Shown piece by piece: positions 17,000 through 27,089 of a stretch of DNA of 64,000 bases. The position numbers were made by a program, and so were the translations under genes. The notes beneath the pieces were generated by a model that worked only from the letters and a program-made list of their open reading frames with translations, did not search any database and was not told where the DNA came from. How positions within the stretch are numbered: position 1 is the stretch's first letter; each line of letters starts with the position of its first letter. Source of the DNA: an uncultured archaeon (lineage in GTDB: Archaea; Thermoproteota; Nitrososphaeria; Nitrososphaerales; Gagatemarchaeaceae); the NCBI GenBank assembly GCA_963817525.1, contig CAWFOU010000008.1, positions 64,001 to 128,000 of the forward strand. The letters are read 5' to 3'.

Positions 17000-18811
17000 C
17001 TACTGGGACTGGCCGGAGGTGATCAAGAAGGTGAAGTGGAACGAGGGCATGAAAGCGGGATGATCCTGCGGAGTCAGCACAGGGAACCTGTACTCCACGA
17101 CCTGCTGGGCGGTGAACTGCGAGCCACCCCACCACACGGAGGGGTAGACGTCGATGGTGTGTATCCCCGGCCCCCCGGTGGCCACTATGTCGATGGTCAC
17201 GTTGCCTCCGCTGTTGAACCCGCAGCCGTACCCGATGTAGGAGTTGTCATAGTCGGCGGCGACGATGTTGGTGTTGAAGGTGTAGCCGACGCCTTGCATA
17301 ATCACCTGGATCATCGTGCCCTGTGGCCCCTCGGTCGTGCTGAGCTTGGCGCTACGCTGGATGAAGACAGTTCCGTTCGAGTTCTCCGTAAGGTTGCCCG
17401 CGGCGATGTAGTGGATGCCTCCGAGGTCGGAGTGGACTTTCATGATGAAGGAGAACGTCCCGTCCGATGCAGCGGTGACGTTCCTGAGCGGTTCGGCGAC
17501 TGCCTTGTAGCCCAGAAGGTTGCTTCCCTTGTATGTGGTCCAGACCAAGGGAACCTGCGTGTTAGGTGTGAAGCCAGCCCCGCTCACGGTGATGTTGTCC
17601 CCGACGCTGACTATGGTGGGCGAGACGCTGATGCGAGGACCCGTAGTGGCAGTGTTCACGGGAACGGTGATCTGCGGCCTTACGACCGTGGCCACCGGAG
17701 TGAAGGAAACCTCCGGCCCGGTGGATGTCGCGGACGTCGAGCTCGAGGTTGTCGAGGCTTTGGTCGAGGTGGCCGCGTAGAGCCCGATTCCTGCTATCGC
17801 CACGACCAAGATGATGACGACCGCGATCACGACACGCGATATCGCCCTACGCTCACCGGGGTCTTTCCTTGAGACGAAGAACGCGCCGCCCACAAGCGCG
17901 GCCAGCAGCGCGAAGGCGCCAAATGAGGCGGCGTTGTGAGAGACGAATGCGTCGTTGGTGGACTGTGAGGACGATTGGGTCATGACAGTCTCAGGCGTCA
18001 CAGTGAAGTTCGCGTAGAAGGGAACGTAGGGAGGGAAGACGGATTGGGTCTCGGACGACGGCGGGCCCTGCTGAGGGTTCAGATATCCTGGACCCGGGTA
18101 GCCTTGGTAGATTGCTATGTAGTGTATCCCTGGCACTCCCGAAGCATAGATCGTGAAGTTCGTCGCACCGGACGTCGAGAGAGCGGTCATGTATCCGGCT
18201 ATCGAGTTGTCCCAGGAGAGGTAGTAGCTCGTCGAGTACTCCCCGTACCCTAGGCCGGCGGCTATGAAGGTGATCGGTGTACCGTCAGGTCCACTGCTGG
18301 GCGAAAAGTGGAACGAAGGCTCCACGTCGAAGCTCGCCTTGGCAGCAAAGGCGGTCCCGTTGGCAAAGAACGCCTGGATGAAGTGAGAGCCTCCATAATC
18401 AGTCGGGACGGTTATCTGGACAGAAAACGAGCCGCTCGAATTGGTCTGGACAGAACCCAGCATCACCTGGATGGCCGGAGTGCTGATGCCTGTGACCTGT
18501 GGCGTGGGGATGGCTTGGACTACCCAACTGGCCTTCGCGGAGGCCCATTCGAGGTTGAGGCTTGTGTTGGGCGGGAATCCGGTCCCCGCGACGGTCATCT
18601 TCGCACCGACAGTGGCCGCGGTTGGAGAGACTGTTATCGAAGACGATGCGGTCGCCGCGCTCGCCGAACTTGCGAACAGAAAGACGCACAGCAAAACTGC
18701 GGTCCCCGCCATGAAGACGCTCACTGCCTTCGGCTTCCATGAAGGCCACCTCGAAGATTTCATCGCGATGGAAGCGGTTTTGGCTACTATAAATGCCCCC
18801 TCAATTCTCAA
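17000..18811 (-). CDS. Surface protein with internally duplicated beta-rich halves separated by a TM hairpin
   Basis: Signal peptide; repeated motifs in both halves (VSPT..VG...TV.G.GF.PNT, D.GG.H.I, DNS..GY, G.PGIH.I..Y); two central TM helices. Confidence 0.85.
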   Translation of the reverse strand: MRIEGAFIVAKTASIAMKSSRWPSWKPKAVSVFMAGTAVLLCVFLFASSASAATASSSITVSPTAATVGAKMTVAGTGFPPNTSLNLEWASAKASWVVQAIPTPQVTGISTPAIQVMLGSVQTNSSGSFSVQITVPTDYGGSHFIQAFFANGTAFAAKASFDVEPSFHFSPSSGPDGTPITFIAAGLGYGEYSTSYYLSWDNSIAGYMTALSTSGATNFTIYASGVPGIHYIAIYQGYPGPGYLNPQQGPPSSETQSVFPPYVPFYANFTVTPETVMTQSSSQSTNDAFVSHNAASFGAFALLAALVGGAFFVSRKDPGERRAISRVVIAVVIILVVAIAGIGLYAATSTKASTTSSSTSATSTGPEVSFTPVATVVRPQITVPVNTATTGPRISVSPTIVSVGDNITVSGAGFTPNTQVPLVWTTYKGSNLLGYKAVAEPLRNVTAASDGTFSFIMKVHSDLGGIHYIAAGNLTENSNGTVFIQRSAKLSTTEGPQGTMIQVIMQGVGYTFNTNIVAADYDNSYIGYGCGFNSGGNVTIDIVATGGPGIHTIDVYPSVWWGGSQFTAQQVVEYRFPVLTPQDHPAFMPSFHFTFLITSGQSQ

Positions 18812-18883
18812 GAATGAGAATCGTCCCCGGAAGTCGCAGGCAGCCCCCGCGTCCTGCGGAAGGGAAATTGCCCCCCCTAGAAG

Positions 18884-19165
18884 CTATACAGCGAACCCCG
18901 CCACGACAAGCGCAATCAGCACGCAGGACCCGACGAGCAGCGGAATCCTGCGCAGGGGGTCTCCCGTCTTGGTGACCCTGTAGATGTAGGATATCATGGC
19001 GAACGCGATCAGGTCGACCGAAAGGTAGACCGCGAACACTGATTCGCCCGAGGACAGCGAGGTGTCTATCGTCCAGAGCACGAACGCCGAGGCGAACGCG
19101 ACTATTACGAGCAGGGTGACGACCTGGACGCCCAGCATATCGTCCGTCTCTGTCACTGTCTCCAT
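18884..19165 (-). CDS. Small 3-TM membrane protein coupled to cytochrome b
   Basis: ATG overlaps the end of the cytochrome b gene; hydrophobic. Confidence 0.7.
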   Translation of the reverse strand: METVTETDDMLGVQVVTLLVIVAFASAFVLWTIDTSLSSGESVFAVYLSVDLIAFAMISYIYRVTKTGDPLRRIPLLVGSCVLIALVVAGFAV

Positions 19166-20718
19166 CCCACCTCGAGCGCCCTCACTCGCCTCTTTATCAT
19201 GCCGGTGCCAAGGTCTAGGCGATAGAGGAGGTAGACCGTGCCAGCCACGGCTACCGAGAGTCCTAGTAACGACAGCGCGAGCGACCAAAGGAGAGAGAGG
19301 CTGCTCCCCTGCATTATGAGCTGTCCTGCTCCGGTTATGGCGCCGCTGATGCCGAACGTCCCCAGGACCAGCAGACAAACGAAGCTGGATGCGGTCCATA
19401 GCGACGCGGTGTTGAAAGACCTAGTCGCGTAGGGGGCGCCGCCAGCCGCAGGAGGTTGCGCACCCGAGGGGTTGGTTCCGACCGGCATCTTCCGGAAGAT
19501 CAGCTTGTAAGCTCCGGCCGAGACGAACGCCACTATGATTGCGGTCCCGCCCAGCACCAAAACGCCCTGCTCCGTCGGGATGATCTGCCCAGGAGTCAAG
19601 CGTCCCCAGACAGTGAGCACGGCAACCTCGGCCACGAAGATTAGGCCGACCGTAACCCAGTTCCTCCTCGCCTCGATTCGGCGCGTCTTCCCCCTGTCCA
19701 GGAACGGGAGGAGGATCAGGGCCACGAATATGACGGATACGAGGCCGAGGGCGACCGAGAGCCCCGGCCCCTCGAAGACGTCGAACTTCAGGATCTGGTA
19801 GATCCACAGGAAGTACCAATCCGGCTGGGAAGCGTATTGTGCGGCGAGCGTGGGCGTGTATTCGGGCGCCAGGCTGAGCGGGAAGGCGAGAGAGATGAGC
19901 ATCATCGCAGCGCCGAAAAGCGCGGCGAGCTCGAGGAGGTAGATTGTGAGGTCGGGGAAGATCGGGATGAGCTTGCTCTTCTTCGCAGGCAAGGGCATCG
20001 GGCCGGCGACGGGCTCGGAGACGCCGTTGGCCTCGAGCATGTACATCTTCCCGAAGAGAAGGAGGAGCAGGACGCCCGGGAGGACGACAACGTGGAGGTC
20101 GTAGAAGCGCAGGATGGTGCCCGTATCCGTCCCGCTGCCTACGACCAGGAATTGGATCCAGCCAGACAGAGGCTGGGGCAGCGCCGACATCATCCCTATC
20201 CCCACGTCGGTCGCAGACTTTGATACGACCGTCCATGGGAGAAGGTAGCCCGTGAAGCCGAAGCCCAGCGTCACGAAGCCCATGAACATCCCCGTTATCC
20301 ACATCAGCTCTCTCGGCTTCTTGTTGACGGAGACGAAGTATCCCCTCATCATGTGCATGAATGCCAGCATTATCATAGCGTAGGCCGTGTAGAGGTGTAC
20401 GGTCTCGAGGAATCTGCCGTAGCTGACGTTCTGGAAGATGTAGAGGGTCGAGGAGTATGCTTGCAGGGGCGTGGGGATGTAGTAGATCATCATTATCGCC
20501 CCCGTGACTCCCTGGATTGCGAAGGCGACGACGGCAAGAGCGCCGAGCCAGTAGAAGGGGTTGACCGAGTACGTCGGCGCCGGTCGCAAGAGCTCGTACG
20601 AGAGACCCAGCCGGGCGTCGAACCAATGGACGACCCGGGCCAGGGCGCGTTCATGGGCCGGCGCCTCCCCGGAGGGATGGTAGCCGCTATTTGCCTTTTC
20701 GTCTTCTTGCTCTGACAT
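19153..20718 (-). CDS. Cytochrome b of a Rieske/cytb complex (SoxN/SoxC-like, extra C-terminal TMs)
   Basis: Heme ligands HLYTAYAMIMLAFMHM and LHVV, FTGYLLPW, Qo motif PDWY. The second helix-D His appears to be replaced (GKMYM). Confidence 0.93.
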   Translation of the reverse strand: MSEQEDEKANSGYHPSGEAPAHERALARVVHWFDARLGLSYELLRPAPTYSVNPFYWLGALAVVAFAIQGVTGAIMMIYYIPTPLQAYSSTLYIFQNVSYGRFLETVHLYTAYAMIMLAFMHMMRGYFVSVNKKPRELMWITGMFMGFVTLGFGFTGYLLPWTVVSKSATDVGIGMMSALPQPLSGWIQFLVVGSGTDTGTILRFYDLHVVVLPGVLLLLLFGKMYMLEANGVSEPVAGPMPLPAKKSKLIPIFPDLTIYLLELAALFGAAMMLISLAFPLSLAPEYTPTLAAQYASQPDWYFLWIYQILKFDVFEGPGLSVALGLVSVIFVALILLPFLDRGKTRRIEARRNWVTVGLIFVAEVAVLTVWGRLTPGQIIPTEQGVLVLGGTAIIVAFVSAGAYKLIFRKMPVGTNPSGAQPPAAGGAPYATRSFNTASLWTASSFVCLLVLGTFGISGAITGAGQLIMQGSSLSLLWSLALSLLGLSVAVAGTVYLLYRLDLGTGMIKRRVRALEVGWRQ

Positions 20719-20720
20719 TG

Positions 20721-21527
20721 TTATCCGCTCACTAGGGTGCCGCCCTGCAGGTCATCCAGGACGTTGCTTGACCCGGTGTTGTGCCCAAAGATCGTCGGCG
20801 GCCCCATGCCCACCGCGTAGATGTCGCCCGAGTCGTCCATAGAAAGCGTCACCTGGGGCACTGGCCTGGGCGCCGGCCCGCCTATCACGGCGGCGCCGTT
20901 GACGAGGTCATAGACGCTCCCGTGGCAGCAGCAGTATCCCTCGGGTCCGGGCGCCTTGTAAGACGTGGCGCACGCGGGGCCGGTGCCGGTGGGGATGAAG
21001 GCGTAGATGCAGCCCAGGTGCTGACACACGACGCTGAAAGCCACGATGTCGCCGTCGGGGCCGATCCCCCCGCTGGCTTTGACACCGAGCTTCACAAGGA
21101 TGTTGGGGGTCTCCTCTAGGGGGTAGTTGAACGAGACCGGCTGTGAGACCATCAGGGAGCTGATGTTGGCGATCATCAGCGACGGGAACGGAGATGACGT
21201 GGAGGACGTTGTTGTCGTTGACGCAGGGGAAGCGGAAGAAGCCGAGCTGGAGGAAGCGATCGCCGTCTGGTTCCCTACCGGCAATGTGACGGTCTTCGTC
21301 AGGGTTTCGGTGACCGTAGGCGTGTTCGTCTGGGCCTCGGCGGGAGAGGGTGGGTTGGCGGGGGAGAAGAGCGACTTGACGACCGAGACGACGCCAACAA
21401 TCACGGCCACCATCCCCAGCGCGAGGCCTGACCTCAGCAGGTTCCTGCGCGTGATGCTGCTGTCGTCCGGGGCGCCGCCCGTTGACTGGGCGTTCTCCTT
21501 TTTCGAGTCTTCTTCTGCGTCAGTCAC
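20721..21527 (-). CDS. Rieske 2Fe-2S protein (SoxL/SoxF-like) with Tat anchor
   Basis: TRRNLL twin-arginine motif, CQHLGC and CCCHGSVYD boxes, GPAPRP. Confidence 0.95.
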   Translation of the reverse strand: MTDAEEDSKKENAQSTGGAPDDSSITRRNLLRSGLALGMVAVIVGVVSVVKSLFSPANPPSPAEAQTNTPTVTETLTKTVTLPVGNQTAIASSSSASSASPASTTTTSSTSSPFPSLMIANISSLMVSQPVSFNYPLEETPNILVKLGVKASGGIGPDGDIVAFSVVCQHLGCIYAFIPTGTGPACATSYKAPGPEGYCCCHGSVYDLVNGAAVIGGPAPRPVPQVTLSMDDSGDIYAVGMGPPTIFGHNTGSSNVLDDLQGGTLVSG

Positions 21528-21689
21528 GGCGTTCTCCTCTCATCGCTCGCTGTGAGTGCGCAGGCGAGGCTGATGAGCTGCGCCCGGAAGACTCGCGACA
21601 CCGCCAGATCTCCGACGTTCACGCCGGTGGGGTTCGAGAAGGCGGAACCTGAGAAAGCGAGTTTCTCGGCCCTGGGCATCGGCAACCCC

Positions 21690-23057
21690 TCACTTTCTCG
21701 GCCTGGTCACCAGCATCCCGATGATTAGTCCCAGTATGAGCACGATTACAATGCCCGCGTAGACGATCGTGGGTATAGACTGGACGACCTGCGAGAGTGT
21801 CGAGGTCGCCGTGCTCACGGTCGTGCTTATGAAACTGCTGACCGACGTGCTGGTTACGGTCGTGGCTACGCCAGGAGGAGCGGAGGCAAGCGCAAGATTG
21901 ACGACCTGGAGCCCAGTGTTGGGCGGCGACGCGCTGTCTGAGGAGGTCACGGCCACGGCGTAGGTCGCGTTCGCTGGAATCGTGGGAAGAGTCGCCCCGG
22001 CGAACTGGCCCGTCCATGCGCCGTTCGCCCCTGTGTAAGTCAGCTTCACCGTCCCTATGACTCCGCCGGGGTTCTTCGCGCCGCCGCCGAAGGTGTTCGC
22101 CGTGGCGTTCCAAGTGCCCCACCCAATGACAGCCGTCGCCGAGCCGCCGCGCGCGGCGGTGTCAAGGGGAGCGACGAACCCTGTCACGGGTTCTGCGTTC
22201 TTCGGATAAGTGATTGTGGCGACTATGTTGATGCCCTCCCCGGAGGCGATCGCGGCGACTGGCAGGCCCGTCTTCGTGTCGGTGAGCTGCACGCTCGTCG
22301 CGAGCTGCGCGGGGGCGATCGTGAAGGGGCTGCCGGAGTAGGTGTACACGGCGAAGTTGCCGGCCGCGTCAGAGACCTTGACCGTCGGGCTCCACGTTCC
22401 CACGTAGGTGTAGTTCCAGTTGGGCAAGACTGAGTTGTCGAAGAGCTTGGCGCCGGAATCCCAGTTGGCCTTTTCGGTCGTGCCCGCCGGGGTGGTGAAG
22501 TTGATGTTTATCCCCGCGGTATCGTTCGTGAGGGCCACCCCGTTGGAAGCATAGTGGATGTAGAACCTCGGGATCAGCTTACCACCTCTCAAGACGCCCT
22601 GGACATATGAGCAGGTCCCGCCGGTCACCATGTCCATGGTAACGACGAGCTTGTTGGTCCCGTAGAAGCTGGCCGAACCCACGGTCTGCCCGCCCTGGGT
22701 CAGGAAAACGTTGAAAGTCCCCACCTGGTTCACCACTGTCCCAAAGCCGGCGGTGGCGTTCCCGTAGAGGACCGAATCAAGCTGTCCCGAAGCGGTCGCG
22801 GTGAATGGGATCGAGCTCTCAGATCCGCTCGGCTTTTGGACGATGATTGAATAGGAGCCAGCTGCAGGGGCGGTCACGTTTATGGAAGTTGTCATCCCGA
22901 AGTTGATATATCCGGGGCTGGCCGTGATGTACTGTGTCTGAGCGGACGCCGCTGTGAGCGGACCAGTAACCGAAATAACCGACACGAGCAGCAACGCGCT
23001 TGCCGCTATCTGACCCGGCTTCCCGATTCTCAGCCGTTCTCTAATCATGATCTTCAA
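21690..23057 (-). CDS. Cell-surface protein with C-terminal membrane anchor
   Basis: Signal peptide, beta-rich body, Thr/Ser linker, TM helix and RPRK tail. Confidence 0.85.
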   Translation of the reverse strand: MKIMIRERLRIGKPGQIAASALLLVSVISVTGPLTAASAQTQYITASPGYINFGMTTSINVTAPAAGSYSIIVQKPSGSESSIPFTATASGQLDSVLYGNATAGFGTVVNQVGTFNVFLTQGGQTVGSASFYGTNKLVVTMDMVTGGTCSYVQGVLRGGKLIPRFYIHYASNGVALTNDTAGININFTTPAGTTEKANWDSGAKLFDNSVLPNWNYTYVGTWSPTVKVSDAAGNFAVYTYSGSPFTIAPAQLATSVQLTDTKTGLPVAAIASGEGINIVATITYPKNAEPVTGFVAPLDTAARGGSATAVIGWGTWNATANTFGGGAKNPGGVIGTVKLTYTGANGAWTGQFAGATLPTIPANATYAVAVTSSDSASPPNTGLQVVNLALASAPPGVATTVTSTSVSSFISTTVSTATSTLSQVVQSIPTIVYAGIVIVLILGLIIGMLVTRPRK

Positions 23058-23191
23058 GCTACGAACGTGATAAAGAGAATAATAAGCATTCGACGATTCT
23101 CACTATTGAGAATAGGCGGACGCTCGAGCCCTTCCGGTCAGGTGGCGAAACGCGGCTCCTTGCATCAAGGCTTCGCCTGACCCCAGCGCGG

Positions 23192-24127
23192 TCATCTGAA
23201 AATCCTCGTCCCCGCCTTCCCCGCGAGGGCGTCCTCGGCCATCTCAAGGGATGTAATTATCGCCGTCTCTCCACCGGACTCTAAGAACTTGACCGCGCTC
23301 TCGACCTTAGGCCCCATGCTCCCTTCTGGAAACTGGCCCTGCTCGAGGAACTCCTTGCAATCCCGGATAGTCATCTTGTCAACTGGTCTTTGGCCGGGTC
23401 GGTTGTAGTCAAGGTAGACTCTTTCCACATCGGTTAGGATGAGTAGGGTCTCCACGCGAAGGATGCTCCCGAGAAGCGCAGCTGTCCGATCCTTGTCCAA
23501 GACCGCCTCGACGCCCTTGGTTTTTCCTTCCCTGTCCCTCGTCACGGGGATGCCTCCTCCCCCAGCGGCGATTACGACGGTCCCTGACTCGAACAACCCA
23601 AGGATTGTTCGCTCCTCGAGAATCTCGACCGGCGAGGGAGAAGGGACCACCCTCCGATATCCCCTCCCGGCGTCCTCCACCATTGTCCACCCTCTATTTT
23701 TCTTTAGGCTGGGGGCCTCTGCCGAGGAGTAGAAAGGCCCCACGGGCTTTGTGGGGTGCTGGAAGGCGGGGTCCGCGCCGTCCACCAAGACCCGCGTCAC
23801 TACGGTCGCGACGGGAAGGTCAACCCCGTCCGCTTGGAATTCGTCCTGCAGCCCCTGCTGCAGCATGTATCCGATCATCCCCTGGGTCTCCGCCCCGCAG
23901 ACGTCGAGCGGCATCGGAGGCAGCGTGGCCTTGGCGAGCTCGTTCTTCAGCAGGATGTCACCCACTTGGGGCCCGTTCCCATGCGTGATTGCAATCTGGT
24001 CACCCTCCTCGACCAACTTGGCGAGGTGCCTCGCGGTGGCGCGGAGGTTCGCGAACTGCTCCTCGGCAGTCCCCTTCTCCCCGTGCCTCAGTATCGCGTT
24101 GCCTCCGAGGGCAATCAGGACTCTCAT
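23192..24127 (-). CDS. arcC: Carbamate kinase
   Basis: ALGGNA, THGNGPQVG, GYRRVVPSP, GGGGIPV, GSMGPKV. Confidence 0.96.
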   Translation of the reverse strand: MRVLIALGGNAILRHGEKGTAEEQFANLRATARHLAKLVEEGDQIAITHGNGPQVGDILLKNELAKATLPPMPLDVCGAETQGMIGYMLQQGLQDEFQADGVDLPVATVVTRVLVDGADPAFQHPTKPVGPFYSSAEAPSLKKNRGWTMVEDAGRGYRRVVPSPSPVEILEERTILGLFESGTVVIAAGGGGIPVTRDREGKTKGVEAVLDKDRTAALLGSILRVETLLILTDVERVYLDYNRPGQRPVDKMTIRDCKEFLEQGQFPEGSMGPKVESAVKFLESGGETAIITSLEMAEDALAGKAGTRIFR

Positions 24128-24142
24128 GCGCCCGACGCCCGA

Positions 24143-25459
24143 CTAGCCCTTGGACTCCCGTCTGAGGACGCACGTCATGCAGTGCGCGCCGCCGTATCCG
24201 CCCGTTATCTCCTGCAGGGGCAGAGCTGTGGCGTCGACACCGAGGTCGTTGAACTCCTTCTTCCTGGGGAAGAACTGGGCCGAGTCTTTGAGCTGGGCGT
24301 GCTCCTTCTTCGCCTCCGCGAAGAGCTTGGCGTAGCGATGCGGGGCGAGGTTCGCCTGGTACTTCAGGTTCCTCAGGACCTTCTCGACGACGTTCTCCAC
24401 ATCCACGGCCATTATCTTGCGGTCGCTGAGGCAGAGGAAGTTAGAGGCGTAGCACATCTGCTCGAGGGTGGTTATGGGGACGACCGTGAACCCGCGGCCC
24501 ACGAGGTAGTCGTGGATGTTCGGGTTGCCCGACTGGCGCTTGTACCTGCCATTCGAGGACCTTCTGTAGACCTCGACCTTCGCCCGCTTCAGGAGGGGGA
24601 CGCACCCCACTGCGATCCCCTTCCCCGCGATGTTGAGGTAGGTGTCCAGGTGCATGTTGATCATGGGATCTGGCTGGTCGCCCGGGATCAGCGGGTGGGC
24701 TGCCTGGTGGACCACGGCCACCTCGTCGAAGCCAACGCCGTTGGCGAGTATCTGGTTGACCCCGCTCCTGTTGGTCCTGTCCCCTATGCCCAGCATCGCG
24801 AAATCCCCCGCTGGCATGAAGTCACCCCCCTCGAAGGTGCCCGGCCTCTTCACATGGCATGCGATCTTCGCGCCGGCCATCTCCAGGATCGCCCCGGTTA
24901 TCTCGGGCTCCATCTGCCTCTGGGGCTTGGACATGCTCCCGACCATGACGCCGCGGTCTGAGACGGCCTGCTGATCCCTCATGAAGTAGAGGTTGGCGAG
25001 GGGGACGTCGAGAGTGACCCGGGGAAGGACGACCCTCACCCCTTTCCTCTCCTCCAGGGCGACGCTCGGCCTGAGGAGCTGGACGTTGAAGACCGTCTCG
25101 GCGTCGAGCTCGGTTATCCCCTTCCTGAACTCGCGTCTGGCCTCCGCGGCGTCGTCCTTCGGGCCGGTGACCTTCACCGTGTCCGCGGCGTGTTCCTGTG
25201 CCCTCGCGAGGAGCCCCGGGTCGTCTTTCGCGAGGTTGATGTAGAGCCTCTTCAGGCGGTGGACCTTCACGCCCGCCTGGGAGAGGGCGTGCTCGAGCTC
25301 GGTGTGCTCGTAGATGGCCTCGTCCATGCTGAAGGCCCTCTCGTATAGGAAGGAGAAGGGCGCCATCAATCCGAAGAACATCTCGATTCCCGGCCTGTGG
25401 ATGACCACCTCCTTCAGCGGGTCCCACTCGGCTCTCACCGTGGAGTCCATCCGTCTCAC
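24143..25459 (-). CDS. arcA: Arginine deiminase family protein
   Basis: AEWDPLKEV..HRPG, NLYFMRD, FEGGD, MHLDT, GYGGAHCMT. Confidence 0.9.
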   Translation of the reverse strand: MRRMDSTVRAEWDPLKEVVIHRPGIEMFFGLMAPFSFLYERAFSMDEAIYEHTELEHALSQAGVKVHRLKRLYINLAKDDPGLLARAQEHAADTVKVTGPKDDAAEARREFRKGITELDAETVFNVQLLRPSVALEERKGVRVVLPRVTLDVPLANLYFMRDQQAVSDRGVMVGSMSKPQRQMEPEITGAILEMAGAKIACHVKRPGTFEGGDFMPAGDFAMLGIGDRTNRSGVNQILANGVGFDEVAVVHQAAHPLIPGDQPDPMINMHLDTYLNIAGKGIAVGCVPLLKRAKVEVYRRSSNGRYKRQSGNPNIHDYLVGRGFTVVPITTLEQMCYASNFLCLSDRKIMAVDVENVVEKVLRNLKYQANLAPHRYAKLFAEAKKEHAQLKDSAQFFPRKKEFNDLGVDATALPLQEITGGYGGAHCMTCVLRRESKG

Positions 25460-25508
25460 CTTTGGGTCGCCGGCCGGCGGCCGCGCGTCTCGACCTCGAT
25501 GGCTGGAG

Positions 25509-27083
25509 TCATTGCTCCATCACAGCCCGCGTGTTCGCCTTATACGCCCATAGGAAGACCAGGGCGGAGAAGACAGCTATCACCACGAGGTCGTAGGGCA
25601 TAGAGACGTATCCGAGCGGGCCGGGGATCGAGAGGACGCCAGAGGTGATGAAGTTGGTGTCCCCCACAAAGGATATCGCCGTGAGCCCGACCACGTAGAC
25701 CCAGAACCAGGCCTGCCGGCGCCATTCCATCTTCTTGTTCTTCGCGAACAGGTAGAGGGGGAAGCCGATGAGGGTGAGGATCGCCCCTATCAGTGTCAGC
25801 GGCCATGTGGCCCAGTAGATCAGGACGCTCGAAAGGACGAAGCCCAGGAAGGCGAAGACCATCCCTCCGGGGAGCCTGTAGTGGTCGGCGGCGCCCATCT
25901 TCGGGTTCTTCCTGAGTATCGCGAGAGAGACCGAGGCTGCCGCGTATGGGATGAGGGTGGTTATCGAGGCCAGGAGCACGACGTTGGGAAAGAACGGGAA
26001 GAGCACCTGGATTATCCCGGTCAGGACCGAGGCGAAGACGATCGAGATGGCGGGCGTGCTGTACTTGTGGTTCACCCTGTCCATGGGCTTGGGGAAGAGC
26101 CCGTCGTCTGCCATGGCATATGGAATCCGCCCCTGGAAAAGGACCCAGTCACTCCCGGCCCCTGCGGTGCTGATGATCGCGCCTATCGTTATCACCGCCG
26201 CTAGGAGGCCGTAGCCTGCGCCCTTGGCGACGTCGGAGAGTGGGGAGGACAGGCTCCCTATCCCTGTGCTGTAGGACCAGTCGCCCACGCTCATGCCTAG
26301 ACCCGACCAATTGATCATGCCCACGAAGGCGATCCCTATGAGGACGTAGACCGCCACAACGATGGCCATAGTGATTATGATCGCCCGTGGGATGGTCCTG
26401 GACGAGTTCTTCACTTCGGCGCTCGGGATCACGACGGCCTCGAACCCGGTGAACATGAAAACGGCCAAGGCCATCGCGACCGCGATCCCCGACCAACCGA
26501 ACGGCATGAACGGCGCGAAGCTGCTGAAGTTCAGGTAGAACAAGCCCACGACGGCGAAGAGGATGAGAGGGATCAGCTTTGCGACGGTGGTCACGATGCC
26601 GAAGAGCCCTCCCCACTTGACGCCGACGACGTTGATGATTGTGAAGGCGGCGAGCGCGACCAGCGCTATCCCGATCCCGAGGGGCGTAAGGGTAAGCCCG
26701 ACCGCGAGCCCGGGGACGTAGAAGCCGATGTAGGCCACGAAGACGTCTATTATCGCCGCCGTGCCGGTGAATGCGTAGATGAAATAGCCCCAGCCTACGA
26801 GATAACCGGCCGAGTTTCCCAGGGCGAGCCGTGGAATCGCGTAAGGCCCTCCCGTGAGCGGGAACCTCGAGCCCAACTCGGCGTAGATCAGTGCGAGTAT
26901 CGTCATGATGACGCCGACGAAGACTATCGCGAGGGTGAGAGCCGGTCCGGCGTCCGCGCCGTAGGCGGCTATCAGTCCGAAGATTCCCGACCCGATTATG
27001 CCGCCGGTCCCCAGGCCCACCAGGCTCCACAAGCCCAGTTCCTTCTTCAGGGCGGGCTTCTCGGTTTCAGCGGTCGTCGACAT
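25509..27083 (-). CDS. APC family amino acid permease
   Basis: IIGSGIF, YAELGSRFP.TGG, FTGFE; 12 or more TM helices. Confidence 0.93.
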   Translation of the reverse strand: MSTTAETEKPALKKELGLWSLVGLGTGGIIGSGIFGLIAAYGADAGPALTLAIVFVGVIMTILALIYAELGSRFPLTGGPYAIPRLALGNSAGYLVGWGYFIYAFTGTAAIIDVFVAYIGFYVPGLAVGLTLTPLGIGIALVALAAFTIINVVGVKWGGLFGIVTTVAKLIPLILFAVVGLFYLNFSSFAPFMPFGWSGIAVAMALAVFMFTGFEAVVIPSAEVKNSSRTIPRAIIITMAIVVAVYVLIGIAFVGMINWSGLGMSVGDWSYSTGIGSLSSPLSDVAKGAGYGLLAAVITIGAIISTAGAGSDWVLFQGRIPYAMADDGLFPKPMDRVNHKYSTPAISIVFASVLTGIIQVLFPFFPNVVLLASITTLIPYAAASVSLAILRKNPKMGAADHYRLPGGMVFAFLGFVLSSVLIYWATWPLTLIGAILTLIGFPLYLFAKNKKMEWRRQAWFWVYVVGLTAISFVGDTNFITSGVLSIPGPLGYVSMPYDLVVIAVFSALVFLWAYKANTRAVMEQ

Positions 27084-27089
27084 CTTTTG

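Noticed and set aside
20721-21527. Arsenite oxidase small subunit (AioB) call
   Set aside because: The GGIGPDGDIVA motif is shared with SoxL/SoxF. The neighbour is cytochrome b and there is no molybdopterin large subunit.
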